Shown here in pieces: positions 34,999 through 46,827 of a DNA stretch of 64,000 bases. The DNA lies in contig JAURQW010000010.1 in NCBI GenBank assembly GCA_030835925.1, positions 17,867 to 81,866 of the forward strand, written 5' to 3'. The DNA is from Gammaproteobacteria bacterium (GTDB lineage: Bacteria > Pseudomonadota > Gammaproteobacteria > GCA-002705445 > GCA-002716945). A program made the position numbers and the translations under genes. Within the stretch, counting starts at the first letter, position 1. Each line of letters begins with the position of its first letter. The notes beneath the pieces are model-generated. The model ran no database searches and was not told where the DNA came from. It saw only the letters and a list, made by a program, of their open reading frames with translations.

Positions 34999-35608
34999 GA
35001 ACTATACTGAAGAAGAAGATAAACTAATAAGTTGGTTTAAAGAAAATTATATAAATATGATAATAGGTGTTGCTGTCGGAGTAGGACTGGTTTTAGGGTA
35101 CAATTATCAACAAGATAATACTCTTAATAACCAATATGAGATATCATTAAAGTATGAAAGAGCCTTAGCTGGTTATCAGGAAAAAGAATATACTTCTATA
35201 CTTTCACTATCTGAAGAATTATCTAAGACTGACCCTGAAAATATCTACACCTCTTTATCAAACCTTTATACAGCTAAAATATATCATGATAAAAAAGAAT
35301 ATGACAACGCATTAAAATCATTAAATCATATAGCCAACAATTCTAAATCTAATGAAATATTGAATATAGCAAAGTTAAGGTCAGCAAGAATTCTCATATA
35401 TCTTAAAAGATATGATGAAGCAAAAGACACAATTCTCTCAATTGAGAATTATATTACTCAAGTAATTCCAACAGAGTTATTAGGTGATATTGAGTACTAT
35501 AGTAATAATCTCAAAGAAGCTAAAAAGATCTATCAACTAAGCCTCAAAAATGAAATGACTCCTAATAAGAGAAAAATCATTGAAAATAAAATCAACTCAA
35601 TAAATTAG
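34991..35608 (+). CDS. yfgM: YfgM-like ancillary SecYEG translocon subunit (TM + TPR-like)
   Basis: 205 aa with an acidic N-terminus, one TM helix and a TPR-like body. hisS-yfgM-bamB-der order as in E. coli. Confidence 0.65.
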   Translation: MAENYTEEEDKLISWFKENYINMIIGVAVGVGLVLGYNYQQDNTLNNQYEISLKYERALAGYQEKEYTSILSLSEELSKTDPENIYTSLSNLYTAKIYHDKKEYDNALKSLNHIANNSKSNEILNIAKLRSARILIYLKRYDEAKDTILSIENYITQVIPTELLGDIEYYSNNLKEAKKIYQLSLKNEMTPNKRKIIENKINSIN

Positions 35609-35609
35609 T

Positions 35610-36821
35610 ATGAATAAATTAATTATTTTAAGTTTATTATTTTTTATATCTAGCTGTAACAGTTTGAAATTACCTTCAGTATTGAATATTACTAACTTAA
35701 ACTTATCTGAAAAACAAGATGCTTCTATTAATATTCAGACTATTTGGTCTACAGATATTGGGAATAAAAGAGATTATAAAACTGGCGTTCTTCAACCTTA
35801 TTTTGTAGATGGTATCGCCTATACTATCGATAGTCATGGCTTAATTAGCGCAATTAAATTATTAGATGGCAATACTCAATGGACAGCAAGTCTTGACATG
35901 AAAGTATCGTCAGGATTAACTATGCATAATAAAAATATATACTTTGGCACTAACGATGGAATGTATCATGGCTATGACTTAGAAACTCTGATTAACCCAT
36001 ATTCTCTTTTTGATAGTCTAAATTTCATTGATTTCTTGGATGATAAGGTTTTAGAGCCCAAAATGAGTATCCAGCTTAAAAGCGAGGCATCTTCACCTGG
36101 TAAAGGCATTGATGATTTAATTATCATAAAACTCGATGATGGTGATACAACAGCTATAAATATTAAAAACAATAATATTGAATGGAATTATAAGGGTAGA
36201 AATGTCCCACTTAGCATTAAAGGATCGGGTTCTATTGCATCACAGAATAACAATATATATGTTCCTCGAGATGATGGTAATATAATTTCATTAGTTTCAT
36301 CTAGTGGTAAATTAAATTGGTTAGCATCAATCTCACCGAGATCAGGTAGAAATGAGCTTGAGTCTCTGAGAGACGTCGAAATAGCACCTGTTATCAGTAA
36401 TGGAGTTTTATTTATAGGATCTTATCAGGGCAACTTAGTTTCTATTGATACATTGAATGGTAATATAATTTGGTCTAGACCTATGTCAGTCATGTCGCAT
36501 TTTAGTGTAGATGATAGTAGCCTCTATGTATCTGATGATTCTGGATACATATATTCAATTGACCGTTATAATGGCTCTATACAGTGGAAGCAAAATACAC
36601 CGAATAATGTCCAGTCTACTCAAATTTTTATCATAGATAATTATATAGTTTCTTTAAGTGTTGACGGTCATATAATCGTAATTGACAAATTAGATGGAAA
36701 ACTTCTTGTTTTTAAAAGTATTTTGAGTGATATAGATCCTCAAGCGAATGGGCTATTAGAAGATAAAGTACTTTATATAGTCAGTAAAAATGGTAGACTC
36801 AACGCAATTAAAATCAATTAA
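35610..36821 (+). CDS. bamB: Outer membrane protein assembly factor BamB (lipoprotein, beta-propeller)
   Basis: 403 aa. Lipobox LLFFISSC and repeated PQQ-like blades (G.L.A.....G...W). Confidence 0.85.
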   Translation: MNKLIILSLLFFISSCNSLKLPSVLNITNLNLSEKQDASINIQTIWSTDIGNKRDYKTGVLQPYFVDGIAYTIDSHGLISAIKLLDGNTQWTASLDMKVSSGLTMHNKNIYFGTNDGMYHGYDLETLINPYSLFDSLNFIDFLDDKVLEPKMSIQLKSEASSPGKGIDDLIIIKLDDGDTTAINIKNNNIEWNYKGRNVPLSIKGSGSIASQNNNIYVPRDDGNIISLVSSSGKLNWLASISPRSGRNELESLRDVEIAPVISNGVLFIGSYQGNLVSIDTLNGNIIWSRPMSVMSHFSVDDSSLYVSDDSGYIYSIDRYNGSIQWKQNTPNNVQSTQIFIIDNYIVSLSVDGHIIVIDKLDGKLLVFKSILSDIDPQANGLLEDKVLYIVSKNGRLNAIKIN

Positions 36822-36829
36822 TTGTTATC

Positions 36830-38140
36830 ATGAAGAATAGTATTGCTATAGTTGGCAGAACAAATGTAGGTAAGTCCCTTTTATTCAATAAACTTACTCG
36901 TGCAAGAAAATCACTTGTTATAGATTATCATGGTGTCACTAGAGATATTAATAGTGGTTATTTGCTATTGGGTAATCGTTCTTTATATATTGAAGACACC
37001 GGTGGTATTCCTGAAAAAAATGATAAATTTAGCAGTCAAATTCTAGAAAAGGCATCTCAGTCAATTACAAAAGCTAGATTAATTTTATTTGTGGTGTCTG
37101 CAGCAGATGGACTCACTCTTCAAGATCATGAAATTTGTAAAATGTTAAGAAAGCTTGATAGAGAAATTATTCTATTGATTAATAAAACAGACTTATCAAA
37201 AAAATCTCAACCAGTAAGTGATTTTTATAAGTTAGGCATTAAGGATGTTCTTCTTATATCAGCTAAAAATAATACCGGTTTGTCAGAATTAAAAGATAAG
37301 CTTTCTCTTACTATAACTGGAGAGGAAATAGTTGAGAAAGATATATTTAGGAGAGTTTCAATTATAGGAAAACCTAATGCTGGAAAATCTACATTAATCA
37401 ATACTTTGCTAAAAGAAGATAGGATGATTATATCAAGCGAAGCAGGTACTACCTTAGATGCAATTGAGATACCATTTATGTTCAAAAATAATAATTTTTT
37501 ACTTTATGATACAGCCGGAATTACACGTAAGTCAAAAACAATATCTATAGTTCAAAAATTTAGTATCAACAGTACATTAAATACTATTAAGACTACAGAT
37601 ATATGTGTATTTATGATTGATGCTGATGCGGGCATAACAAAACAAGATAAAACTATTCTTAATATAATTAGAAAAAGTAATAAGGCTTTTATCCTCGCCA
37701 TAAATAAAATAGATAAAAAAAGTAAAGAAGAGATATTAGAGCTCAAGAAAGATTTAAAGTATTTTTCCAATATAACTGACAATGCTGCCATAATTATGAT
37801 ATCGGCAATTAATAAAGATAATATTAAAAAACTTCTTTATACTTTATCAAATATCTCTTATTCCATTTATAAACGATATAAGTCATCACAATTGACCGAT
37901 ATACTGAATGAGGCTTTAGTTGATCACCCGCCTCCTATGATCAACAACAGAAGAATCAAACTTAAATTCGCCCAACAGGCTAAATCGGATTCACTTTCTA
38001 TCATAATTCATGGTAATCAAACAGACAAACTGCCATCGTCGTATGAAAAATATCTTAAAAACTATTTTATTGATAAATTAGATTTAGTAGGTATACCTAT
38101 AAAAATAACCTTATCAACACAAAAAAACCCATTCGATTGA
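36830..38140 (+). CDS. der: Ribosome biogenesis GTPase Der (EngA)
   Basis: 436 aa. Two G domains (GRTNVGKS...DTGG; GKPNAGKS...DTAG) plus a KH-like C-terminus. Confidence 0.93.
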   Translation: MKNSIAIVGRTNVGKSLLFNKLTRARKSLVIDYHGVTRDINSGYLLLGNRSLYIEDTGGIPEKNDKFSSQILEKASQSITKARLILFVVSAADGLTLQDHEICKMLRKLDREIILLINKTDLSKKSQPVSDFYKLGIKDVLLISAKNNTGLSELKDKLSLTITGEEIVEKDIFRRVSIIGKPNAGKSTLINTLLKEDRMIISSEAGTTLDAIEIPFMFKNNNFLLYDTAGITRKSKTISIVQKFSINSTLNTIKTTDICVFMIDADAGITKQDKTILNIIRKSNKAFILAINKIDKKSKEEILELKKDLKYFSNITDNAAIIMISAINKDNIKKLLYTLSNISYSIYKRYKSSQLTDILNEALVDHPPPMINNRRIKLKFAQQAKSDSLSIIIHGNQTDKLPSSYEKYLKNYFIDKLDLVGIPIKITLSTQKNPFD

Positions 38141-38151
38141 ATGGGTTTTTT
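38121..38151. terminator. Rho-independent, potentially bidirectional terminator between der and the convergent DUF4242 gene
   Basis: AAAAAA-ACCCATTC-GATT-GAATGGGT-TTTTT. An 8-bp stem is flanked by A- and T-runs. The der stop codon (38138-40) lies in the hairpin. Confidence 0.6.
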
Positions 38152-38170
38152 AAATCATAAGTTTTAAATA

Positions 38171-38443
38171 TTACTCAGCTGTCTTAGGGCTAATAATATT
38201 TTTTACTTCTGAAATTTTATTTGCTGGAAAACCGCCTGTATCAGCATGTTCTTTGATTAAGTCCGCATTATCTGCATTATAAACGCAGTAAACTTTATCT
38301 CCAGTTACATAACTGTGGACCCATTCAATTCCAGTTCCCATGTCTTTTAAAATTCCACATGACTTTTGTGAAATTCCTTGAAGATCCTCTTGTTTTAAAT
38401 CTCCTGCTCCAGGGATTTCTCTTTCTATTACATATTGTGGCAT
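38171..38443 (-). CDS. DUF4242-family small protein
   Basis: MPQYVIEREIPGAGDL...ISQKSCGIL...WVHSYVTGDKVYCVY.A.N...I.EHA..GGFPAN.ISEV matches the DUF4242 family as I remember it. The start is moved from 38500 to the internal ATG (38443) to remove the overlap with the upstream gene. Confidence 0.7.
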   Translation of the reverse strand: MPQYVIEREIPGAGDLKQEDLQGISQKSCGILKDMGTGIEWVHSYVTGDKVYCVYNADNADLIKEHADTGGFPANKISEVKNIISPKTAE

Positions 38444-38486
38444 ATTACCCCTCCTTATTTGTATATTATCTATTTTGCTATGATTT

Positions 38487-39344
38487 TCATGAACCTTCAA
38501 GGTTTAAATGTTCTATTGTCCTTTTATCTATGAGCAATTCTGGGTCGATATATGTATTATTCACCAATACCGACCAATGCAGGTGTGCTCCCGTTGATTT
38601 CCCAGTTGTGCCTACTCTGCCTATAATTTGACCTTTTTCAACATATTGATTTTCTTTAACAAGGATTTCATCGAGATGAATCATAATACTCTTTAGACCT
38701 CTACCATGATCAAGAAATATTGATTTACCATTATAGAAAAAATTACCAGTTAATGTGATCTTGCCTGATGAAGGAGCAACAACAGAAGTACCAATATCAG
38801 CCGCTATATCATATCCATTATGATAATTACCCTCTGTACCATTATAAAATCTTTTAGTTCCAAATGTACCCGTGGTAATTCCTTTTACTGGTAAAATAAA
38901 TTCTATATCAGGATTATTTTCAAACCATATTTTTCTTGCTTTAACTAACTTTATTCTATCCTTTTTTATTTTTTCTAGTATTTTTTTAGTTGGCTCAGTA
39001 TATTTTTTATTGACATTAATTTTCTGAGTTTTAAAATTTTTCTGCACAATATTTATTCGAATTTCTCTTAAAACATCTCCATCTTTATTTTTTATTTCAA
39101 AGCTATGCTGCTCAGTTTTTAGGTGATATGATAGCCCATAAAGAAGATAAAACTTATTATCTTTATTCCACTTAAGTATTTTTTGTCCATCTATAAGAAG
39201 ATCTTGATTATACTCTGCCTTGGTTATCTCGGTTACATAAATACCACCAGGGTGAACATTTGAGAAATTACTTGAAGCATATAAGGATGGGATATGAGAA
39301 TAACTTATAATGAAAATTAATATATAGAATCTAATTAATCTCAT
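38487..39344 (-). CDS. M23-family metallopeptidase (murein DD-endopeptidase-like), secreted
   Basis: 285 aa. Signal-like N-terminus, HNGYDIAA..GT.V.AP..G, and GKSTGAHLHWSV. Confidence 0.85.
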   Translation of the reverse strand: MRLIRFYILIFIISYSHIPSLYASSNFSNVHPGGIYVTEITKAEYNQDLLIDGQKILKWNKDNKFYLLYGLSYHLKTEQHSFEIKNKDGDVLREIRINIVQKNFKTQKINVNKKYTEPTKKILEKIKKDRIKLVKARKIWFENNPDIEFILPVKGITTGTFGTKRFYNGTEGNYHNGYDIAADIGTSVVAPSSGKITLTGNFFYNGKSIFLDHGRGLKSIMIHLDEILVKENQYVEKGQIIGRVGTTGKSTGAHLHWSVLVNNTYIDPELLIDKRTIEHLNLEGS

Positions 39345-39724
39345 GTCAGTATTTTGTTATTATCTTTCCATCCCTTCTTGATATATTTTGTACTTATTGT
39401 AGTGGTAATACCGCCTCTAACTTTCCAATATCCAATAACAGACATATATCTCGGTTTTATCAAGGTTCTAATATCCTTTAGTATGGAATTGGTGTTATCT
39501 TCATGAAATGCGCCAACATCTCTATAAGACCCCATATATAATTTTAATGACTTTAACTCAACGCATAATTTGTCCGGAACATATTCGATAGCAAATTCCG
39601 CAAAATCTGGTTGACCTGTTAATGGACATAAGCAAGTAAATTCAGGTATATCCATGGTAATTAAATAATCTTCCTTTATCTCTGGATTTTTGAATGTATC
39701 CAAGATTTTACTATGTAATTTCAT
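39341..39724 (-). CDS. queF: NADPH-dependent 7-cyano-7-deazaguanine reductase (unimodular type)
   Basis: 127 aa. EFTCLCPLTGQPDFA and the SLKLY..S(Y)R motif. Confidence 0.9.
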   Translation of the reverse strand: MKLHSKILDTFKNPEIKEDYLITMDIPEFTCLCPLTGQPDFAEFAIEYVPDKLCVELKSLKLYMGSYRDVGAFHEDNTNSILKDIRTLIKPRYMSVIGYWKVRGGITTTISTKYIKKGWKDNNKILT

Positions 39725-39788
39725 TTATGTATCTCCTGATAGTAGTATTATACCTGAGATAATATTATAATCTATTGAAGGGTTCTCT

Positions 39789-42623
39789 ATGCGTCTAACT
39801 AAAATTAAATTAGCTGGTTTCAAAACATTTGTTGATTCAACGACACTTTCTTTTCCGAGTAATCTGACAGGTATAATTGGTCCAAATGGTTGTGGGAAAT
39901 CGAATATAATTGATGCAATTCGTTGGGTAATGGGTGAGTCATCAGCTCGAAATCTAAGGGGAGACTCGATGGACGACGTTATCTTTTCTGGCTCATCCTC
40001 AAGATCCCAAGTTAGCAAAGCATTTATAGAATTGTACTTTGATAATGAGAATAATACCTTAGATGCTAAATTTGCTAAATATTCCGAGATAGTTATCAAG
40101 AGAGAAGTCTCAAGAGATGGGGTCTCTAATTACTATTTAAATAATACAAGATGTCGCAGGAAAGACATTAAAGAAGTTTTTTTAGGAACAGGCCTTGGTC
40201 CAAGAAGTTATGCAATTATTGAACAGGGAATGATATCGAGATTAGTAGAGGCTAAGCCTGAAGAACTTAGAAGTTATCTTGAGGAGGCGGCTGGTATCAG
40301 TAAATATAAAGAAAAGAGAAGAGAGACTGAACTTAGGCTCAAGCATACAAAAGACAATCTGAATAGACTGAATGATGTGATGAAAGAAATAACATCCCAG
40401 CTTGGTAAGCTTGAAAGACAAGCAAAAGCCGCGAAAGACTATAAAGAGCTCCGTGAGAATGAGAAGGACCTAAAATTAAATTTATTAAGTTTAAAATGGA
40501 ATAATTATAATAGTGAAATAGAGATGCTGGATGCTGACATAAGCAGGAGTAATATAGAGCATGAAAAACAAAAATCCTTAATTACAGGAAAAGATAAATT
40601 AATTGAAGAAACAAGGATTAAGAGAAGTAATGAGCAAGATTCATTTAACGCAATACAGGCTGATTTTTATCATATAGGCAGCGAAATTGCGAGATGTGAG
40701 AAAGATATAGAGCATAGTGAGCAAACTGAATCTTCGAGATTAAAGTCAATAGATGAGGTGATCCAATCGATCGAGAATCTAAAAAATAAATATACTGCTG
40801 AAAATGACAGAAGTGTAACAATTGATGAATCTATTATAAATAAACAAAAACAACTTTCAGCAATAACAGATAAGTTAGAAAAATTAAATAATGAAAAAGT
40901 TAATGCTAATAATGCATTACAAAATTGGCAGCTACAATATAATAACTTTATTTCTGAGCAATTAGAAACTAAAAATAAGCAGGAAATAGAGAAAACAAAA
41001 ATAAGTGCATCAGAAAAGTCTATAGATTTATTATCGAAGAGATTAAAAATACTCGAATCATTTACAATGCCAGAAGACAAGAGCTCTGAAGACAAGAATG
41101 ATATCATGGTGTCAGCAAGTGAAGTTCAACAGCAGATATCAACACTACTGGTTGATATACAAAGATCGGACTATTTAAAATCTAAAACTGATAAACTTTT
41201 GAACTTATTGCCAAAGAACCTTAAAAATTTATCTGAAAGCTTTAAATACCTAGTCAAGAAAATCAAGTTGCTTGTTAGATCTCAGCAAGATGAAATTAAT
41301 GACATTAAAATCAAAATAGAAGATTACCAAAAAGATGTAGCAAGGGGAAATGAAGCTCTAGTTTCTTTAAAAGATAAAATTCTTAACAATGATAATATTA
41401 AGATTAAATTCGACAAAGAACGAATTGAGTTCAAGCAGATAATTGATAAAGTATTATGGGATACTGATGAATGTCAATCAGGTCAAAATGATATAAATGT
41501 TGCAATTTCATCATTAATGTCTGAAAAGTCAGCAGTTCAGGAAAATATATCCCGTTTAGATATTGAAATCGCCCAAATGAATGACAGGAGATTATCCCTA
41601 TTATCAAATGAAAATGATGTTGAAAAACCATCATCAGATATGCAGAATTTACTTAAAAAACTTCTAAAAGATAAAAAAAGCAAAGAATCACAGCTAGGTA
41701 CTTTAAGAGATAATCTGTCTACATTGGATAATCTGATATTAACTTATGAGTCTGAAAAGAGCGATATTAATAATATTATTTCTGACATAAGAGAACTCCT
41801 TGAAAAAAATAAAATCTCATTAAGCGAGAAGACAGCTCAAAGAAACTCTCTGAAGGATAATGCAGAAATACCTATAACGGAAATTGAAGAGGCTTTACAG
41901 AAAAAAGTCCCTGATGAAACAATAGATGTGTTAGAAAAAAATATTGATAGAGTACAAAAAAGAATAGAATCGCTTGGTGCAATTAACTTGGCGGCAATAG
42001 ATGAATTAAGAGATCAAGAGGAAAGAAAGTTATATTTAGATAATCAATATAACGATCTATCTAAATCTGTTCAAACGCTAGAAAATGCAATTTCAAAAAT
42101 AGATCAAGAAACTAAGTCTAAATTTAAAGAAATCTTTGATCAAATTAATAACAACCTTAACAACTTTTTTACTAAAATATTTGGAGGAGGTAAAGCTTAT
42201 CTTGAGTTAACAGATAATGATCTTCTCAATACAGGTGTTTCCATAATGGCCAGACCGCCGGGTAAACTTGTTAAAAATATAAACTTATTATCAGGTGGAG
42301 AAAAAGCTGGTGTAGGCATAGCTTTTGTTTTTTCAATTTTTAAAATTAATCCTGCTCCTTTTTGTTTACTAGATGAAGTTGATGCTCCTTTAGATGATGC
42401 CAATAATAATAGATTTTGCAATGTAGTAAAAGAAATGTCTCAAACAGTACAATTTATATTTATCACACATAATAAATCAACAATGGAATTGGCTGATGTT
42501 TTATCTGGAGTAACCATGCGAGAGGCCGGTGTATCAAAACTTGTGTCTGTAAATGTAAATGAAGCTGTCAATTTAACATCTGAAAAGAAAATAAATTCTG
42601 AGACAGCTAATACTCAAAACTAA
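39789..42623 (+). CDS. smc: SMC chromosome-condensation ATPase, short form without a recognisable hinge domain
   Basis: 944 aa. N-terminal head (GPNGCGKSNIIDAIRWVMGE) and C-terminal head (LLSGGEKAG...LLDEVDAPLDD). About 600 aa of heptad-like, charged sequence lie between them, with none of the Gly-rich hinge motifs. Confidence 0.85.
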   Translation: MRLTKIKLAGFKTFVDSTTLSFPSNLTGIIGPNGCGKSNIIDAIRWVMGESSARNLRGDSMDDVIFSGSSSRSQVSKAFIELYFDNENNTLDAKFAKYSEIVIKREVSRDGVSNYYLNNTRCRRKDIKEVFLGTGLGPRSYAIIEQGMISRLVEAKPEELRSYLEEAAGISKYKEKRRETELRLKHTKDNLNRLNDVMKEITSQLGKLERQAKAAKDYKELRENEKDLKLNLLSLKWNNYNSEIEMLDADISRSNIEHEKQKSLITGKDKLIEETRIKRSNEQDSFNAIQADFYHIGSEIARCEKDIEHSEQTESSRLKSIDEVIQSIENLKNKYTAENDRSVTIDESIINKQKQLSAITDKLEKLNNEKVNANNALQNWQLQYNNFISEQLETKNKQEIEKTKISASEKSIDLLSKRLKILESFTMPEDKSSEDKNDIMVSASEVQQQISTLLVDIQRSDYLKSKTDKLLNLLPKNLKNLSESFKYLVKKIKLLVRSQQDEINDIKIKIEDYQKDVARGNEALVSLKDKILNNDNIKIKFDKERIEFKQIIDKVLWDTDECQSGQNDINVAISSLMSEKSAVQENISRLDIEIAQMNDRRLSLLSNENDVEKPSSDMQNLLKKLLKDKKSKESQLGTLRDNLSTLDNLILTYESEKSDINNIISDIRELLEKNKISLSEKTAQRNSLKDNAEIPITEIEEALQKKVPDETIDVLEKNIDRVQKRIESLGAINLAAIDELRDQEERKLYLDNQYNDLSKSVQTLENAISKIDQETKSKFKEIFDQINNNLNNFFTKIFGGGKAYLELTDNDLLNTGVSIMARPPGKLVKNINLLSGGEKAGVGIAFVFSIFKINPAPFCLLDEVDAPLDDANNNRFCNVVKEMSQTVQFIFITHNKSTMELADVLSGVTMREAGVSKLVSVNVNEAVNLTSEKKINSETANTQN

Positions 42624-42627
42624 CATC

Positions 42628-44628
42628 ATGTCTTCTGATAAATCTGCATTAACAAAAAAATATAAACTTTTGATACAAAAAATTAATCATCATAATAAAA
42701 TGTATCATACTTATGATAGTCCTGAAATCTCTGATATAGAATATGATAAATTATACTCTGAACTGAAAATTTTTGAGGAGCTTAATCCAAACCTTATAGC
42801 AAAAGAGTCTCCTACTAACAGAGTTGGCTCAAAGCTTTTAAGTGGATTTAGTAAAATAAAACATACAAGACCCATGCTGTCACTTTCTAATGCAGCTACA
42901 TATGAGGATTTTTCAAGTTTCTATATAAGAACCACCAAAGATCTTAAAAACAATAGCTTTATTCTATCAGCTGAACCAAAATTTGACGGCCTTGCTATTA
43001 GTATCACATACATAAATGGATATTATGAGTCAGCTGTAACTAGAGGTGATGGCTATATTGGTGAGGACGTTACTTCTAATGTAAAAACTATCAAAACACT
43101 CCCATTAATTCTTGAAGGGGAAAATATCCCATCTAAATTATCATTAAAGGCTGAAATCTACATGAGTTTAAATGATTTCAAAAAACTAAATAATGCTTTA
43201 TCACATAATGAAGAAAAAACTTTTGCTAATCCAAGAAATGTAGCTGCAGGCACCATAAGGCAGTTAGATCCAAATGTTGCATCACAAAGAAATCTCAAAA
43301 TATTTTTTCATGGACTCATTGATGATGATACATTCTCAGATCTGAGTCACTCTGACTCATTAAATAGATTAAAATCTTATGGTTTGCCTGTCTGTAATTT
43401 AAATAAAAAAATATTGAATATAAAAGAAGCAAAAAAGTATTATGATCATCTCAATAAAATTAGATTATCATTACCATATGAGATTGATGGTATTGTTTTT
43501 AAAGTTGATAGCTATGAACAACAAGAAATTCTTGGCTCAACTTCCAAGGCACCGAAATGGGCGATAGCATATAAGTTTAAATCTATAGAAGAAAAAACTA
43601 AACTCCTAGGAGTAACATTTCAAGTTGGCAGGACAGGTACAATAACACCTGTTGCAGAGTTAGACCCAGTTAATATTGGTGGAGTAAAAGTCTGCAGAGC
43701 TAGTTTACATAATATGGATGAAATTAATAGAAAAGATATCAGAATAAATGATATAGTTTTTGTAAAAAGAGCTGGGGATGTAATTCCTGATATTGATCGA
43801 GTATCATTATCTGATCGAGTAAAAAGTGTAAAAATAATAGCTCCAAAGAATTGTCCCGCATGTGATTCGCCGCTGATCAAAATATCGATGCAATCGATAT
43901 ATAGATGTAATAATAATTATAAATGTAAACCACAAATTATTCAGTCGATCATGCACTTTGCATCACGTAAAGCAATGAACATCTCCGGCCTAGGAGAAAG
44001 CATCATCGAATCGTTAGTTGATAAGAAACTTATAAATAATTTTGTTGATCTTTATAAATTAACTCTAACACATATAAAAAGCCTTGATAGAATGGCTGAA
44101 AAATCTTCTGATAAACTCATAAGATCTATATCTGATTCAAAAAATACGACATTTGATAAATTTATCTTCTCTCTTGGTATTAAAGAGGTAGGTATAACCA
44201 CTGCTGAGTCTTTAGCACAGAACTATCATAGCGTTGAAGATCTTATGTCTGCAAGTCAAGCTGAACTTTGTTCTATTAATGATATTGGTGAAATAGTAGC
44301 AGAGAATATACATAATTATTTCAGAAATAAAAAAAATCAAAATAAGATAAATAATCTAATTAAACTTGGTATTAATATTAGTTTTACAAGAACTGTTATT
44401 GATAATAAACTATCAGGCAATATTTATGTCATAACTGGCACATTCAAGAATATTAGTAGGGCAGATATAGAGAGTGCTCTTAATAAACATGGAGCTAAGG
44501 TAACTAATTCTGTATCAAAGAAAACTACAGCATTGATATTGGGAGCTAATCCAGGTTCTAAACATAAAAAGGCAAAGAATTATAATATCAATATTATCAG
44601 TGAAGATGACCTTATTAAGCTTCTCTGA
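42628..44628 (+). CDS. ligA: NAD-dependent DNA ligase
   Basis: 666 aa. Adenylation site EPKFDGLA, Zn-finger CPACDS...C..NYKC, HhH region and C-terminal BRCT. Confidence 0.95.
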   Translation: MSSDKSALTKKYKLLIQKINHHNKMYHTYDSPEISDIEYDKLYSELKIFEELNPNLIAKESPTNRVGSKLLSGFSKIKHTRPMLSLSNAATYEDFSSFYIRTTKDLKNNSFILSAEPKFDGLAISITYINGYYESAVTRGDGYIGEDVTSNVKTIKTLPLILEGENIPSKLSLKAEIYMSLNDFKKLNNALSHNEEKTFANPRNVAAGTIRQLDPNVASQRNLKIFFHGLIDDDTFSDLSHSDSLNRLKSYGLPVCNLNKKILNIKEAKKYYDHLNKIRLSLPYEIDGIVFKVDSYEQQEILGSTSKAPKWAIAYKFKSIEEKTKLLGVTFQVGRTGTITPVAELDPVNIGGVKVCRASLHNMDEINRKDIRINDIVFVKRAGDVIPDIDRVSLSDRVKSVKIIAPKNCPACDSPLIKISMQSIYRCNNNYKCKPQIIQSIMHFASRKAMNISGLGESIIESLVDKKLINNFVDLYKLTLTHIKSLDRMAEKSSDKLIRSISDSKNTTFDKFIFSLGIKEVGITTAESLAQNYHSVEDLMSASQAELCSINDIGEIVAENIHNYFRNKKNQNKINNLIKLGINISFTRTVIDNKLSGNIYVITGTFKNISRADIESALNKHGAKVTNSVSKKTTALILGANPGSKHKKAKNYNINIISEDDLIKLL

Positions 44629-45427
44629 GTAGCTCGTTGATTCCTACCTTAGACCTAGTTTTTTCATCAACTTTTTTTACAATTACTGCACAATAAAGGC
44701 TATATTTTTGGTCTTTAGATGGAAGCGATCCTGAAACAACAACAGAGCCCTCAGGAATGACACCATAAGATACTTTCCCGGTTTCTCTATCATATATTTT
44801 AGTACTTTGGCCTATGTAAACTCCCATTGAGATTACTGAATTCTTTTTGACTATGACGCCTTCCACAATTTCTGATCTAGCTCCAATAAAACAATTGTCT
44901 TCAATAATAGTAGGGTTTGCTTGAAGTGGTTCTAGGACTCCACCAATACCAACACCACCTGATAGATGTACATTTTTACCAATCTGCGCACATGAACCAA
45001 CTGTTGCCCATGTGTCTACCATAGAACCATCATCAACATATGCGCCAATATTCATAAATGACGGCATTAGAACTACATTTTTACCAACATAAGTTCCTTC
45101 GCGTGCAATAGCCTGGGGTACAATTCTTATATTATTCTTTTTTAAATATTCTTCTTCAGTATTGTTAAATTTTGATGATAGTTTGTCATAAAATTTCGTA
45201 TAACCTGTATCAGTTATTTTATTCTCTCTTAATTTAAAGGAAACAAGGATAGCTTTTTTAACCCACTGATTAACTTTCCAATCATTATCAATATACTCTG
45301 CGACTCTTAACTCGCCGCTGTTTAAGGATATTATTGTTTCTTCGACTGCTTTACTAACTTCATTTTTATCCATATTCTCCATATTTGAGGAATAAGCTTG
45401 CTCTATTATTTCTTGGTTTTTGTTCAT
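44615..45427 (-). CDS. dapD: 2,3,4,5-tetrahydropyridine-2,6-dicarboxylate N-succinyltransferase
   Basis: 270 aa. Hexapeptide-repeat region ([40 protein letters not shown]) and the DapD-type N-terminal domain. Confidence 0.88.
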   Translation of the reverse strand: MNKNQEIIEQAYSSNMENMDKNEVSKAVEETIISLNSGELRVAEYIDNDWKVNQWVKKAILVSFKLRENKITDTGYTKFYDKLSSKFNNTEEEYLKKNNIRIVPQAIAREGTYVGKNVVLMPSFMNIGAYVDDGSMVDTWATVGSCAQIGKNVHLSGGVGIGGVLEPLQANPTIIEDNCFIGARSEIVEGVIVKKNSVISMGVYIGQSTKIYDRETGKVSYGVIPEGSVVVSGSLPSKDQKYSLYCAVIVKKVDEKTRSKVGINELLREA

Positions 45428-46827
45428 AAGGTACTCGGAATTTTATTATCTGATTTATTATTGTTAATTATATTATCTTGTGAATCTAAGAATACAAGTA
45501 TATCATAATATTGTCTAATATTTTGAACATACTTTACAGTTTCCCATCCTCTTGCGTAACCAAACTTAGTTTTTTTATAGTACCTTGATTGGCTTAATTT
45601 CAAGAGATAGGGTTCGATTGATTTCCAGTCAGAAACAACTTTATTATCTTTTTTAGCAAGATCTATAGCATCTATAATATGTCCATATCCAATATTATAT
45701 GCAGCTATTGCAAACCATATCTTGTCCTTATCATTTATGCTATTAGGAACTTTATCTAACATCTTTTTTAAATACTTAGCACCACCATATATACTGTCTC
45801 TAGGATTTGTTCTATCGTTTACCTTCATATCTTTCGCAGTATTTTTTGTTAACATCATAATTCCTTTTACACCAGTGTATGATATAGCATCTTTGTTCCA
45901 GTGAGATTCTTGATAACCAATACTTGCCAATAATCTCCAGTCATGCCCATACTTTTTGGAAAAGCTTTTAAAATAAAACTCATACTGTGGAAAAATATTT
46001 GCAAGATCATTAACAAAATTCTTGCTACCAACAAAATTATATTGTGGACCATTGTTAAGATTTCTTTGTTTTATATATTTTAATTTATTTTCTTTTATTA
46101 TAAATGTAAAAAACTCTGAAATCTTTTCCTGCAAATGGTTGCTAGAATCATCTGGGAGCGTCCAATAACTTTTTATATCAGTTGCAATTTTAAAGACACT
46201 TGAAATTTCCGGGAAATCATCTTGATAAAAAAATAATTCATCTGACGATAATACTGTATATCTAATTTTATTTTCTAGTAATAAATGTACTATCTCATCT
46301 ATGTTAGCTGAATCTAAAATATTATAATTAGCTTTAGTTGGTTTGAAATACTTATTAACAATAGTCTCTATCTCAGGCGAATCTATTATGTTTATAGGAT
46401 CTTCAGATATTTTATCTAAATCACTTAGTTTATTATAATATTTATTATTATAAACTAAATGATAATCCGTCTTTCTGTGTGAGTAAATTTGCCCCTTTCT
46501 TTCAATAAGACCAACATCTACGAGAATATCTATTTTTCTTTCATTAAGATCGTTAATTGCCTCTTCAATACTATTGATAGTTTTTATTTTTAGATTAACG
46601 TTTAGGTGTTGGGATAATTCTTTAACTAATTCGTAAGTAAACCCTATTTTTTGATTTTTTATTTCATAATATGATGCAGGCCCCGTCCTAATTCCAATTA
46701 TGATCTCATCATTTTTAAGAATTCTCTCATAATCATTCACATTGAAGGGTAAATAGAGTTTAGATATTCCTATAATGACTAAAATAAGAAATGTTACATA
46801 TAATATTCTAGATAAGAGGTTTAGCAT
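45424..46827 (-). CDS. mltF: Membrane-bound lytic murein transglycosylase F
   Basis: 467 aa. N-terminal periplasmic solute-binding-like domain and C-terminal SLT domain ([12 protein letters not shown]...AYNIGYGH). Confidence 0.8.
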   Translation of the reverse strand: MLNLLSRILYVTFLILVIIGISKLYLPFNVNDYERILKNDEIIIGIRTGPASYYEIKNQKIGFTYELVKELSQHLNVNLKIKTINSIEEAINDLNERKIDILVDVGLIERKGQIYSHRKTDYHLVYNNKYYNKLSDLDKISEDPINIIDSPEIETIVNKYFKPTKANYNILDSANIDEIVHLLLENKIRYTVLSSDELFFYQDDFPEISSVFKIATDIKSYWTLPDDSSNHLQEKISEFFTFIIKENKLKYIKQRNLNNGPQYNFVGSKNFVNDLANIFPQYEFYFKSFSKKYGHDWRLLASIGYQESHWNKDAISYTGVKGIMMLTKNTAKDMKVNDRTNPRDSIYGGAKYLKKMLDKVPNSINDKDKIWFAIAAYNIGYGHIIDAIDLAKKDNKVVSDWKSIEPYLLKLSQSRYYKKTKFGYARGWETVKYVQNIRQYYDILVFLDSQDNIINNNKSDNKIPSTL

